64,000 nucleotides of DNA from Octopus vulgaris (Eukaryota): contig OX597815.1 of the NCBI GenBank assembly GCA_951406725.2, positions 107,942,001 through 108,006,000 of the forward strand. Direction: 5' to 3'. Numbering within the stretch: position 1 is the first letter of the stretch; the number at the start of each line of letters is the position of its first letter. The translations under genes were made by a program, and so were the position numbers. The notes beneath the pieces are model-generated. The model did no database searches and was not told the DNA's origin. It was given only the letters and a program-made list of their open reading frames with translations. Shown here piece by piece: positions 11,388 to 23,271 of this stretch.

Positions 11388-12779
11388 TTAAAAGCACAGT
11401 CATGCTTAGATAGTGTGCTGCTTGAAGAATATTTAGCTTCTATTTCTAACAGATAGAATAAACCCCTAAAAGCTCCCTTGTCAGCTCATAGAATCTGGTG
11501 TAAAAGGGTAGGATCGAAAAGCTTCTTAAATCTCTCTTAACTACTTCAGTTAGTCGATAGATTCTGACTGGATATTGCTGCTAAGCTTGATACAATAAGA
11601 ATGGGAAATAGAGATTTCATTTGTTAGTTAGCATACAGAGAATTAAGCAGCTACTCATTGTTGAAGACAGAGGGTTATTCCAATTACAAAATGCTGATTA
11701 GTATTGTCAGATTAACCAAACGCTATAAGAGAGGTCTTAGATATTGGAAACTTAATGTGTCAGTCTTGATGGAAAGTGTTTAGACAACAGATGACCACAC
11801 TAATTAAGACAGAACTGACAACAGATATTCCCAATAATTAGTGAAAATCAAAAGTGCAGCTGTGACCTTTGGGAAAGACTTTAAAACAGGTAGGAGAGCT
11901 GATAGTGAAACAAAACGACTTATTTAATTTACAAGCAAAGAGGAACCAAGTAGAATTAGCAATCATTGTATTAGTAGAATAGTGTGAATCAGTTGAACCA
12001 CAATGAGATTTACACCAGGAGAGCAACAAATATAAAGAGTTTTGAGCAAGAAATCAATTTTTACTGGCTTTACTATTTCAATGCTTTCAAATTTAAAATC
12101 ATCTCATTTTTTCCATTATATTTCCTTTGTTAATCCCCATTCTTTAAAGTATTGACATTAACTATAAAAGAAAGAAAGAAACAATATTTTAAGCCTGTCT
12201 ATATATGTTACCATTTGTCGGCACCTTATTTCATTCAGCTATGGATACAGTAACCCCTACTTCTGTTGCTATGTTAAGGATGTGTGATGGAGCAAATGAG
12301 TTGCTAACAGTGCCATTCTATACAAAGTATCAACCACTAACCTAAGGTGAAAGAGTGAGTCCATCAAGCCTCTTCCTGTCATCTCTGCACAATCCCACTG
12401 ACTCCAGAATTGAATGGCTAAAGCTCATTTAATTATTGGGTTTCTCTCATGGTAACCAAAGCAGCATACTTTCATTTGACATGATGACCCATGAAGTCCT
12501 CCAAAATAAATGGGCTTTCCACAAAGATATCTCATTTGTCAATATACATCAGCTCTCAGTTTGGGGACAAAAATGATGTGGAGCTCATTTGAGTAAGCAA
12601 CCAAAAAGCAAAAACTTAGCCTAATTTCCAGAAAATATGATGCTTCCAAAAAAATTGGCAGTACCTTGACTATTCAAAGTAATCAAAAAGCAAGTCAAAA
12701 ATGCTTTGACTGTAAATTATCCCAAACATTTCGAATGAGATTTTCTTAATCTTGGACTATTATCTTTTACTGAAATTAA

Positions 12780-13155
12780 TAATGTTTTGATATATTTATA
12801 CCTTTTTGGCATGTACCTCAGTTTCTACTATTAATCTAATGCATTTATAATTTTCTCTTCAAGCATCTCTTTTTATTTGAGCATGCTATTCTCTCATAAA
12901 TATTTGTAAACCTGTGACTGGTCTCATTCTCTAATTTCTGTAATTTATATAACATATCAATTATATTATAACTCTTCAAGGTTGTCTTAGCACATTTTTG
13001 AAAACTGCATTCTTTATCAATTCCACTCCTAGATCAGAATACTGGTTGTAACAGTGTTTCCATTTGCTTGTCATCTGTTGCTTATAATTTGAAATCATCC
13101 ACCAACAAAAGATGGTTGATTGCCTCCCCATTGCATTTGTATATTAGACCAGTCA
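12780..13155 (-). mobile_element. Old R4/Dong-like RT fragment
   Basis: Minus strand KCNGEAINHLLLVDDFKL*ATDDKQMETLL resembles the clade motif INHLLYMDDLKLY. Confidence 0.6.
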
Positions 13156-13456
13156 TGTTTGGCCTATTGGTTAGTTATTTTAATGACAGAAAAAGAGAGG
13201 AGTGCGTGAGTGGTAGGCTGCCACCAGTTACAACTCCAGAGATAATTAGAGCAAAAGAAATCATTTCATCTCTGTAACTGAAACTGGTGAAGGAGTAGAG
13301 CATTAAGGGGCTGTGGAGTCCATTTTTTGCTATCACATGACTGACTGCAAGCATGGCATTTATTGCCAGTCAATAAAGTAGATATGTAGAGTACTTATCA
13401 TTACAGGGAAGAAGGCTTCTGTCACTTCACTAACCACTAGTTCTACACACACACAC

Positions 13457-14012
13457 ATCATCATCATCATCATTTTTTAACGCCCGCTTTCTATGTTGGC
13501 ATGGGTTGGACAGTTTGACTGAGGACTAGCAAGCTGGGAGGCTGCATCAGGCTCCAGTCTGATCTGGCCAGGTTTCTACAACTGGATGCCCTTCCAAACA
13601 CCAACCACTTCAAGAGTGTAGTGAGTGCTTTTTATGTGCTATTGGTACAGGAGCCAGTCAGGTGGCACTGGCATCGACCATGCTCAAATGGTGCTTTTTA
13701 TGTTCCACTAGTACATCATCATTATCATCCTCAACATCGTTTAACATCCGTTTTCCATACTGGCATGGGTTGGACGGTTTGACTGACATCTGGAGAGCCA
13801 GCGGCTGCACCAGGCTCCAATCTGATCTGCCAATATTTTTACAGCTGGATGCTCTTCCTAATGTCAACCACTCCGAGAGTGTAATGGGTGCTTTTTACAT
13901 GCTACCAGCACAGGACCCAGTCAGGTGGGCCTGGAATCGATCACGTTCAGATAGTGCTTTTTACATGCCACCACCACAGGAGCCAGTCAGCGGGTACTAG
14001 CATTGGCCACAT
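13457..14012 (-). mobile_element. Two adjacent RTE-LINE 3' ends (family A)
   Basis: Two (CAT)n-led copies starting near 13457 and 13715, each with catgggttggac and ggatgc.cttcc motifs. Confidence 0.85.
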
Positions 14013-14769
14013 TCAGAAGTTGAAAATGTACTAGGATTCATTTTTTTTAATTTAAAAATTTTTAAACATTTAACCAGTTTCACAGATTTCTCTGATTTTA
14101 AAAAGTTGTGATAGAAAGATTTGGAACTTTGTTGCAACTGCCTTGCTTCTGATTGGAATTCAAAATTTGTCTTGTTTTTATGTAGTGAACATGGTTCCTC
14201 TGTTTTGGATACATTTTGATTGGTCAAGGATGATCACGTGGTCAGGTTTTAGAAATTTTCATAAGTTCTTGGCTATGTCTCTTCTTAATTTCATATGACA
14301 ATATGTTTGGCATTGTTAATTAAAGCTGACATAGTTGAGTGAACATGTGTAGTGGCACACAGCTGTCTGAATTTTTATCTGTCAAATGTAGTAGAGGAAG
14401 AGGTCACGATTAATAGTAATCTTAGAAACTTTTGTAGGTTCCCCTCTATGTCTGTGCATTAATTTCTGACAATATTTTTTTGCTCCAAAAATCAATGCTG
14501 GCATGGCTGAATGAACATATCTAGTGATAGACCCAAAATAAAGTTCTCTAAATTCAATTTTCAAGTGGCAGAGTGAACAGAAGTTTCTATGTAGTCTATT
14601 GGCTGAATAGTTGTGGTTTGTGTTTATGTATGTAGGCATCAAATACAGCTATGCCTGCAACATCCAGTCTGGGAATCAGATCCATGATCTAGCAATCATG
14701 TGTGCAACAGCCTTATCATTAGGCCATGTGCCTTCACATATATACATACATATAAAAAATAATAAATGT

Positions 14770-15010
14770 GCCCTTTTAAAGCCTAGCCAGGCTCATGGGC
14801 CCAGTTTCCCGGTTTCTATGGCGTATGTGTTCCCCAGCTGGATGGGACACCAGTCCATTGCAGCGTTACTCATTTTTGCCAGCTGAGTAGACTGGAGCAA
14901 TGTAAAATGAAGTGTTTTGCTCAAGAACACAACAGTTCACCCGGTCCAGGGATCGAAACCACAATCTTACGATCATGATGCTGACACCCTAACCACTAAG
15001 CCACTCGCCT
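14770..15010 (-). mobile_element. CORE-type SINE (family C variant)
   Basis: gtgttttgctcaagaacacaac CORE motif and tRNA-like head; close match at 16260-16490 and a weaker one at 58890-59120. Confidence 0.8.
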
Positions 15011-15110
15011 CACACATACATATATATATATACATACATAAATACATACATAAATACATACATAAATACATACATACATAAATACATACATAAATACATA
15101 CATACATACA

Positions 15111-15981
15111 TACATGTTGCAATGAGTAAATTGTTGCCATTTTATATTTTTAATTTCATGCATGCACATTCTTTCTTTTTGATTTTGGCAACTACACAGT
15201 ATAGTAGGGTAAGTTGGACTTTGTCTGTGAGAAAAACACCTGCATAATGTAATTCACTCTGCCAGAGATTTGGAAACGACATGCTGTACTGCTTGGCATG
15301 CATGCAGGTAGCTCCAATACAATCATTTCCGAGTGTTTGGGTGTCAATCTGGGGACATGTACAGAGAGTGATAAAAATTAAACATCCAGTCAACATCATG
15401 GTGTTTGGAGTAATCACTAGTGATGGCGATGGTATGCCTCCATTCATCTTCCCACATGGCCTCAGACTCAACACAGAGGCCTATATCAAGTGCCTGGAAG
15501 AAGTAGTGCTGCCCTGGGTCAAGAGAGTGGCTGCTGGAGGACCCTATGTCTGGCAACAGGGATCTGCACCATGCCACACATGCAGGAGAAACCAATCGTG
15601 GCTGTCAGACAATTTCTGCGACCACATCACTCCTAACATTTGGCCACCTAACTCCCCAGACTGCTACCCCCTTGATTATTATGTGTGGGACACAGTTGAG
15701 TAAGAGACAAACGAAACTCCTTATAACACCAAAGATAAACTGAAGGCAAGGATTATGGCAGCATTGACCAACTTAAACAAAGAGACCATTCAGAAGAATT
15801 GCAGGAGATTCTGAAGTCGTCTGGAGGTTGAAGCTAATGGCGATTTTACTGAATAAATGTACTCTTTAGCATTTCTAGATATTTTTATGTAATTTTAGTA
15901 AATATTTCTGTTAAATTGAGATGTCAGTGTTATTTTCATTTTTGCTTAATTTAGACAACAGTTTATTTACTGCACTCTGTA
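15111..15981 (+). mobile_element. Internally deleted DD37D (maT-type) Tc1/mariner transposon
   Basis: Imperfect TIRs tacatgttgcaatgagtaaattgttgcc / agacaacagtttatttactgcactctgta. ORF 15281-15703 has VWQQ(G)SAPCH...WPPNSPDCYPLDYYVW with 37 residues between the second (mutated D>G) and third catalytic positions; stops follow. Confidence 0.9.
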
Positions 15982-16089
15982 TACACACACACACATACAC
16001 ACACACACACACACATACACACACACACACACATACACACACACACACACACACATCAACAGCTATATAAATGCGCAGACCTTCAGTCT

Positions 16090-16148
16090 GTAACCAGTTT
16101 GATAAGTGTCAAAGCCTGAAACTCTCAGACCTTGAGTCACTCTGTTAC
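16090..16148 (+). ncRNA. Type I hammerhead ribozyme-like motif (U3-A8 core variant)
   Basis: gtaac-c-agt TTGATAA gtgt-caaa-gcct GAAA ctc-tcagacctt-ga GTC act-ct-gttac: stems I and III pair, GUC triplet, stem II imperfect. Confidence 0.6.
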
Positions 16149-16259
16149 TTCTACTAAATATATATATATATATATATATATGTATATGTCGTAAATATGA
16201 GGATAATAAATTAAAATAATTTATGAACCTCATATTTATGATTTTATTTATTTATTCAC

Positions 16260-16490
16260 CCTTTTTTAAAGCCTAGCCAGGCTCATGGGCCTTGTTTCCC
16301 AGTTTCTATGGTGTATGTGCTCCCCAGCTGGGTGGGACGCCAGTCCATCACAGCATTACTCATTGTGGACCGGAGCAACGGGAAATGAAGTGTTTTGCTC
16401 AAGAACACAACACATCGCCCGGTTCAGGAATCGAAACCACAATCTTATGATCATGGTGCTGACACCATCACCACTAAACCACATGCCTCC
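16260..16490 (-). mobile_element. CORE-type SINE (family C variant)
   Basis: Near-colinear with 14770-15010. Confidence 0.8.
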
Positions 16491-16659
16491 ACCATATTTA
16501 TGTTAGTAATATTTAATTTGGAGGCTATATGAGACACAGATTTAAATTTCTTTATTTACTACTGGACTATATATTTATGCTGACACACTTAGTTTGAATC
16601 CTTAAAGCAATAAAGATGTAGCTGTCTTGCGCATGTGTTTTTGGTACGTATTTACAACT

Positions 16660-16800
16660 AGGCTGTGTGGTTAGGGAGCTTGCTTCCTAGCTACATGGTT
16701 TCGGGTTCAGTCCCACTGCGTGGCACTTTGGGTAGGTGTCTTCCGCTATAGCCCCGAGCCGACCAGAGCTTTGTGATTGAATTCGGTAGGTGGAAGTTAC
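16660..16800 (+). mobile_element. SINE family D head
   Basis: A-box-like ggctgtgtggttagg and B-box-like gggttcagtccc. Confidence 0.75.
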
Positions 16801-16879
16801 TGCCATGTGTGTATGTGTGCGTATAGCTGCTCAGTGCCTCTCCGAAAGAGAGAGAGGGATAATTATTCATTAATTAGTG

Positions 16880-16949
16880 ATTCCGCTGATGAGCTACAGA
16901 TTCCAAATCAGTGAATTTGGCAATTAATAGTGAAACTTGAATTTGGGAT
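16880..16949 (+). ncRNA. Degenerate hammerhead-like motif (canonical CUGAUGA core)
   Basis: attccg CTGATGA gcta...(ccaaat/atttgg hairpin)...tagt GAAAC ttga ATT tgggat; stem III and the triplet are degraded. Confidence 0.5.
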
Positions 16950-17120
16950 TAATTCATTTTTTCTTCATTCTAGTGATATAACAGCATGCCTAATGAATCC
17001 TTTTTTTCATGGTTTGGGTTATAACTAGCCCTTTTTACCATGTAAGAAGTCCTGTCAATGGTCTCATCTTTGTGTATAAAAATATTTCATGTACTCTTAT
17101 ATTTTTAAATATGTATATAA

Positions 17121-17168
17121 TATAAATAAGTAACAAAGATGTTCAGGTGTCTTTGTTACTTATTTATA
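17121..17168. repeat. Perfect 19-bp inverted repeat with 10-nt loop
   Basis: tataaataagtaacaaaga / tctttgttacttatttata. Confidence 0.9.
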
Positions 17169-17439
17169 CTTTGTTCATCTAATTTGGAATCTGTACTTTG
17201 GAAATACTATAGAAAGTACCTTTATAAAAAGTACATATCTGAATTACCAGGAGTGGATATTTTCACTTAGCTGGGTTACATTATCCACATACACGACAGG
17301 AGCATTGGGTACAAATACCCCTGCATAGAATCTTGATATTCAATATTCAAATAACATTGTTGGGGGTGTGCAGGTTATACCAAACTAGCAAGGTGCCTCA
17401 ATTTAAGTATTTAATTCAACTGAATCTTGATTCATATTT

Positions 17440-17625
17440 TTCCTTTTTTATTTGCTTCAGTCATTTGACTGTGGCCATCCTGGAGCACCACTTTTAGTCA
17501 AACAAATCAACCTCAGGACTTCTTCTTTGTAAGCCTAGTACTTTTTCTATCAGTCTCTTTTTTCTGAACTACTAAGTTACAGGGATGTAAACGCATCAAC
17601 ATTGGTTGTCAACTGATGGTGGTGG

Positions 17626-17630
<5 letters not shown>
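17440..17630 (-). mobile_element. SINE family D 3' part
   Basis: ttcagtcatttgactgtggccatcctggagcacc... matches 45860-46020. Confidence 0.75.
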
Positions 17631-17677
<47 letters not shown>

Positions 17678-18081
17678 GTATACATATGTATATATATATA
17701 TGCATACGTGGGCACAGGACATCACTTAGGTAGACAGGTCAGTTATTCCTCTCCGATTTTTTGTAAATTCTTAAATATATCTCCTTCTGTGTATATATAT
17801 ATACTACCAAACAAACATGATTTTCATTGAACTCAAATTACTTCTCAAATACTTTCTTGAATACTTTATTGTAAACTGTTTTTAACATATTCTTATCATT
17901 ATCAAAGAATGTATATATGTATTTTAATATCTTGAGACAACCAGTATTTAACACAACAAAGCTTATACAAAGCTTTACATTTTACTTTTGACAATCTTTT
18001 TCAAAAAAAGTGAAACCAGTCAAGTGAATAAACATCCTTAAAATTGCATTTTCAAACCTTCTTTCATATGTATATGTATAT

Positions 18082-18147
<66 letters not shown>

Positions 18148-20326
18148 ACACATATATATATATATGTTCAGTTATGCATACTGCTCTGCCTAACATGTTG
18201 CTTACAATTTGTACATCCACAACACATACCAACTGTATATAGACTATACTCTGGCACACATATCTTCTTGCAGTACGTATCATTCACTCTTCTCTTTTCA
18301 TTATTTCAACCTTCTTCCCTTTCCTTATCTCTCATCTTAGAACCATGACATTTGTATTTTGTCCTTCTTGAAATAAAATAAAATTTTTCTATCTAATTGC
18401 TTTTTTTACAATTTGTATTACTCTTCAAAGTTCATTATTATTTCCCCCACACCCTCTTTACTTACACTCTGTCTCCCACAAATATTTATTTGCATGTTTA
18501 TATTATTCTGTATATAACCTTTTGTGCATAAACTTCCTGTCTTGCCTTTTCACTTCTCATTTATTTCAATTTGACCTGGCTTTCACCATCTCCTTCCCAT
18601 TTCAATATCTTGTTTTACTTTCTTCCCCATTGCTCATCTCCAAAACTACTCATACCTGTTTCACACTAATCACATTCTCATTTCTCCCTTTCTTTCCTCA
18701 TACCTACCATTCTATTACTCATTTCCTTCTTTCTTTTCTCTTTTTCCTTTCTGGGACCATGATATTAGTCTCTGTATTCTTTCTCTCAAGTCTCCATAAC
18801 ATTGATTTTTGTTCACACCTCATAACAAATCAACTCACTGTAATATATAACTTTTTAAACTTCAATAAATTTAATTTTTCTTCATTTTCTGAAATCAAAT
18901 CCTGTCAAGGCCAACTTTTGTTAGGTAATGTCTATCATTTATTTTTCACAAAGCATTCAGAGAACTATATAATGCTTCCTATCAATGAATGTTGGCATAA
19001 TCTACTTGAGTTTTATAAGAATTGTAATTCTATAGCTACCTGACCTTCAGAATTTTCTTTTCCATTCATTTCTGTTTGTTTATGTTCATACATAGGGTAT
19101 CATGAGAAACAGAATTGATTATTTTCATGGAAAACACTCAATTTTATTTTGTCGTTTAAAATTTTGCTGCCAAGCTGAAAATATTAAATGCCAATTACAT
19201 TCATTTAACTTTTGCAGTAATACTTGACTATCACAACCCTCTTACACTGTCTGCATCTCGCCATAGAAGCTGCTTCCAAATTAATGCCTTTTTTAAATAA
19301 TCAACATGTTCAATATCAGAATTCTCAAAAATGGTGATTAAATATGCCATCTGTTCTAAAGATATGATACCACCCTTCACTTAACTTAAGTTTCTATGGA
19401 CACTTGTTAACCATTTACAACCTTGACACACTACAATACTCTTACACTGTCTCTGTGAACAGTGAACTTGAAATCAGCCTCAGTAGGACATGTCAACCTA
19501 ACCTCTTTCAACAATACAAATACAGTTGCTATATCTATCAACAAAACAGTTTGGCATCCCACCTTCTACTCATGTAAACAACGCACAAGTAAAAGTCACA
19601 GCAAATACAATCTGTGATGCTGTCTTGCACATATAACAGCTAAAACTGTATCTGAAATTCAAGGCTTCATCTTCAGTGCTAGAATCTACTTCAGCCACCT
19701 ATCTGCTGCTAGTTGCTTAAAGATCAAGTGAAACTATTATTATTTAAAAAAAAAAAACTTTTATCAGAAAAGAAAAAAGCCATCCGTATAACCATTTTCC
19801 AGGGTCTCTGAATCTGGTGAAATCAATGAAGTTATTCTCAAACTAAAGACCTGGTCCAAATGCTTGCTGCAGAGCAGGCTTTGATGAAATTGCCTAAGAG
19901 ACAGGTAATTGTGTCATGTTCATGTATGTGTGGTGGTACGCATAGGAACACCCTACATTGGTAAAGTTTAACTCACATACTTCAACTACTATTTCACAGA
20001 TACAATGTTTTCATCTCTCTGTGTTTTCTGACATTGATACACCAGCCTCTATTCCTTTCAAATAACAAGCTGTATATTACTTTCATTTAAACTCATCGGA
20101 GGTGCTGAGGGTAACAGTGAAATAAATCTAATATAAATAAAAATCTTCTTTTCCTGATGTCATTCATGTCATTAAGTATATTGGATGTAGAACTTATTCA
20201 GTAGCTCCTTATATACGCATTTGTGAATACATGAGTGTGGGTGTGTACAAATATATATATATATGTGTGTGTGTGTGGAAAAAAGTCAAGGTAGAAAATG
20301 CTAAAATAATTTTATAAAAAACATTT

Positions 20327-20362
20327 CAGTACCAGTTTCAGTCATTGAGACTTTTTCAACTG
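20327..20362 (-). ncRNA. Minimal type I hammerhead ribozyme motif at the 3' end of the Penelope-like element
   Basis: Minus strand cag TTGAAAA agtc-tcaat-gact GAAAC tg GTA ctg: 3-bp stem I, perfect 4-bp stem II, minimal stem III, GUA triplet, U3-A8 core; same strand as the RT. Confidence 0.72.
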
Positions 20363-20524
20363 TAAGTATGGGAAACAATTAAATTTTGGAAAAATTAAAT
20401 GAAAAGTTTTTAAAAGAATATTTGCATAGTATTCAAATACAAGGGGTATTTTCCTTGTTTTTGCCTGTCTCTGTCTCTCTTGTTTACTCTTGTGGGTTCA
20501 AGGTTGTTGAGAATTCTTGGCAGA

Positions 20525-20656
20525 GAAGAAGAAGAAGAAGAAGAAGAAGAAGAAGAAGAAGAAGAAGAAGAAGAAGAAGAAGAAGAAGAAGAAGAAGAAG
20601 AAGAAGAAGAAGAAGAAGAAGAAGAAGAAGAAGAAGAAGAAGAAGAAGAAGAAGAA
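20525..20656. repeat. (GAA)44 pure microsatellite
   Basis: 132 bp uninterrupted. Confidence 0.97.
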
Positions 20657-22084
20657 AATAATGCAGGAGTGCTATAATAGTAGTAGGATGTTAAATGGTC
20701 AAGTGCCCTGAAAGTGACTTGTTGTGGATGGTAGTAGTGATTGAATTCTCAAGATATCTCTTTTGAATGTATTGTTTATAATATTTGTGTAGGTGTTATT
20801 CTAAACAGTAATGGTAGTAAAGTAAGGAAGGGGGTGGCAGAGAGGAAGAAGATGAAGAAGAAGGAGACAGAATAATAAGAGAATGCAGGTCGGTAGGATA
20901 GTAGTAGGATGTTAAATGATCAAGTGACCTAAAAATGACTCGTTGTAGATTATAGTAGTGATTGGGACTGTTTTTAATGAATTCTTGGGTATCTCTTTTG
21001 AATGTATCATTTTTAATATTTGCGTGTGTGTTTATTCTAAGGTTGTAGTGGATATGTCATTTGTAGTGGATGCATTCAAAAGGGGTCTGTATTTTGTAAC
21101 AAAGAGAGACTCTTTATTAATTCGTTGGCTATAGGTTGTATCGTCCCTGAATTGATAGAGGGGAAAAATTCTGAAGATTGGATTTTTGTTATTTGCGCAA
21201 ATGTTGATGTGTTGGCTGAATGCTATTTTTCTGTTTTTTTTAAATTTTGATTTAGCATCTGTGCAGAGCCATCCTTTGACGTAGACCGTGGGTTGTGTGT
21301 GGAAATGTATGGTAAGGCTTTTGGTTGTAAATCCTTCTTTAATTCGGGATGTCTGTGGATGTCTTGGGATGTTCGTGGATGTTAGTGAAGGTGGGTAGTT
21401 CCTGGTGATGAGTGTATCCTTTAGTTCATGTAGTCATGTGTCCCTGGTGCTTGCACTAGAAACTATAGTACATATCCTTTTGGCTAGGTTCAGGGGGATA
21501 TTCATTCTGATGTGTCTGTGGTTGCATGAGTTGAACAGTAAATATTACTTGGAGTCTGTGGCTTATAGTATATACCTGTTTTTATTATGTTGTTAGATTT
21601 CTTAATGAGGATGTTGAGGAAGGGAAGTTGTTCATGGCTATATTCCATTGTGAATTGAATGTTTACGTCAAGTCTATCTATAAGTGCTTAAAATTCTTTA
21701 AGTCTCTCTATACTTTCATGCCAGAGAATGAAACAGTCATCCAGGTATCTCTTCCAGTTATTTTCCATGTAGAGGAAGAATGGGCTGCCAGATTTTTCTA
21801 GAACCTTACGATAAAGACTAATTTCTAGATATCCCATGACTAGGTTAGTAAAGGAGAGGGGGCCATTCTCGTACTCATCACAATCCCCTATTTTTGTTGA
21901 TAGAAGTTGTCTTTGAAGATGAAGTAGTTATACTCCAAGATAAATTTTAGCCCTTCTATCACAAATTCTTTTTTGATGCGATGTGGAAGTTCATTGGCGT
22001 AATTCTCTAACCAGAATTGAATTGTTTCTATTCCTAGGTTGTGGGGGCTATTGGAATAGAGATTGACTATCTATATATATATAT

Positions 22085-22285
22085 CATTATCCTCATTATC
22101 ATCTTTAACATCCATTTTCCATGTTGGGATGGGTTGGATGGTTTGACAGGAGCTGGCAAGCCAAAGGGCAGCACCAGGCTCCAGACATTCTGTTTGGCAT
22201 GGTCTCTACCGTTGAATGCCCTTCGTAAAGCTAACCACTTTACAGAGTGTACGGGTGCTTTTTATGAGGCACCACCACATATGGC
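22085..22285 (-). mobile_element. RTE-LINE 3' end (family A), diverged
   Basis: tttaacatccattttccatgttgggatgggttggatgg...gcaccaggctccag. Confidence 0.75.
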
Positions 22286-22511
22286 GTTGCCAAGTAGCTT
22301 GCAAGACAAAGACCTCTCAGTTGAGAAAGGTAGAGTAACTGAGAGAAGTAGTTGTGCCAGGCAGGTGGCTGGAGTATGACAAAAGGCCAGAGATAGTTGT
22401 CCTAGTACAGAAATGATATTTGGCTACCCCCAGTTGGACAAGGAAGGAGAGGGAGGTGGTAGTGAGTTAGAAACAAAAATAGAGACAAGTCAGAGTGAGA
22501 GATAGATAGAT

Positions 22512-22559
<48 letters not shown>

Positions 22560-22766
22560 CCTGCTCACAGGAAACAGTGGAGAGAAATATAAGTAGTACA
22601 GAGGGCATAGAGAAGATGTTCCATAGGAGTGTGAGGGCAGGTATTTAGAGATAGTAAGTGATGATGAGAGGAATTGTAGTAATTGGGTATGATAGGTATG
22701 TAAAGTCATGGAGAGTGGAAAGGCCTGCATTGGTTGGTGATGTGTGTATACATATCTATGTATTTG

Positions 22767-22971
22767 TATGAGAGGGTGCTGAAAAGTTCTTGGATTTGGG
22801 ATCAATTGATTATGATTTTATACAACATAATCACCTCTCAGATTCACACACTATTGCAGCAGTCCTTCAGTTTTTCTAAGCCCTTTAAAAGAAGTTGGAA
22901 GATTGGGCATCCTCCAACCAGGCTTTCATGGTACCCTTAAACACAGGAACCTTTCAGCACTCCTTCATGTA
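22767..22971. mobile_element. mariner-type MITE
   Basis: Imperfect TIRs tatgagagggtgctgaaaagttctt / caggaacctttcagcactccttcatgta with TA ends. Confidence 0.7.
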
Positions 22972-23271
22972 AACTTCTATTCAAAACTATAAAGCCACAT
23001 GTTCTTTTTTAAAGTTATTTAGAAATTTAGCTCTGTCTTTAAGTGGACAAAGGCACATAATATATTGTAAGTGGCTATTTTGCTAATACTTTTTAATGTA
23101 AATCCTGTACCTTTATTATCACATTAAAACATCTGATTTTCCAATTTTTCCTAGTATATCAACACTTCAAAACTATAGAGTTACTAATAGATTTTTATTC
23201 CTTTCCAGATTGTTTCAGAAAATATTTGACTCAAATGTATTCTCTATCATGATCTAGATTATATTTCCAGT

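Larger units (their letters stand above)
20280..22050 (-). mobile_element. Penelope-like element, 5'-truncated and internally deleted (RT C-terminal half, GIY-YIG remnant, 3' non-coding region)
   Basis: Minus strand: FILEYNYFIFKDNFYQQK*GIVMSTRMAP..NLVMGYLE..NWKRYLDDCFILW..IQFTMEYSHEQLPFL..KATDSK*YLLFNSC..NIPLNLAKRICTIVS..LPYISTHNP, then FRIFPLYQ..RINKESLFVTKYRPLLN; typical PLE motifs with stops and frameshifts. Confidence 0.9.

Noticed and set aside
11480-12040. Possible CR1/Jockey-like LINE relic (similar hints at 19400-19720, 48780-49500 and 58130-58700)
   Set aside because: Too degraded to support by eye; needs a profile search.
15281-15703. 140-aa ORF as an active transposase
   Set aside because: Lacks the DNA-binding domain and first catalytic Asp, the second Asp is Gly, and there is a premature stop.
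18522-19043. 173-aa hydrophobic ORF
   Set aside because: Pyrimidine-rich low-complexity DNA giving F/L/S bias; non-ATG start and no motif.
19803-19904. AG...GT-bounded plus-strand exon candidate
   Set aside because: Stops in all three frames from the best acceptor.
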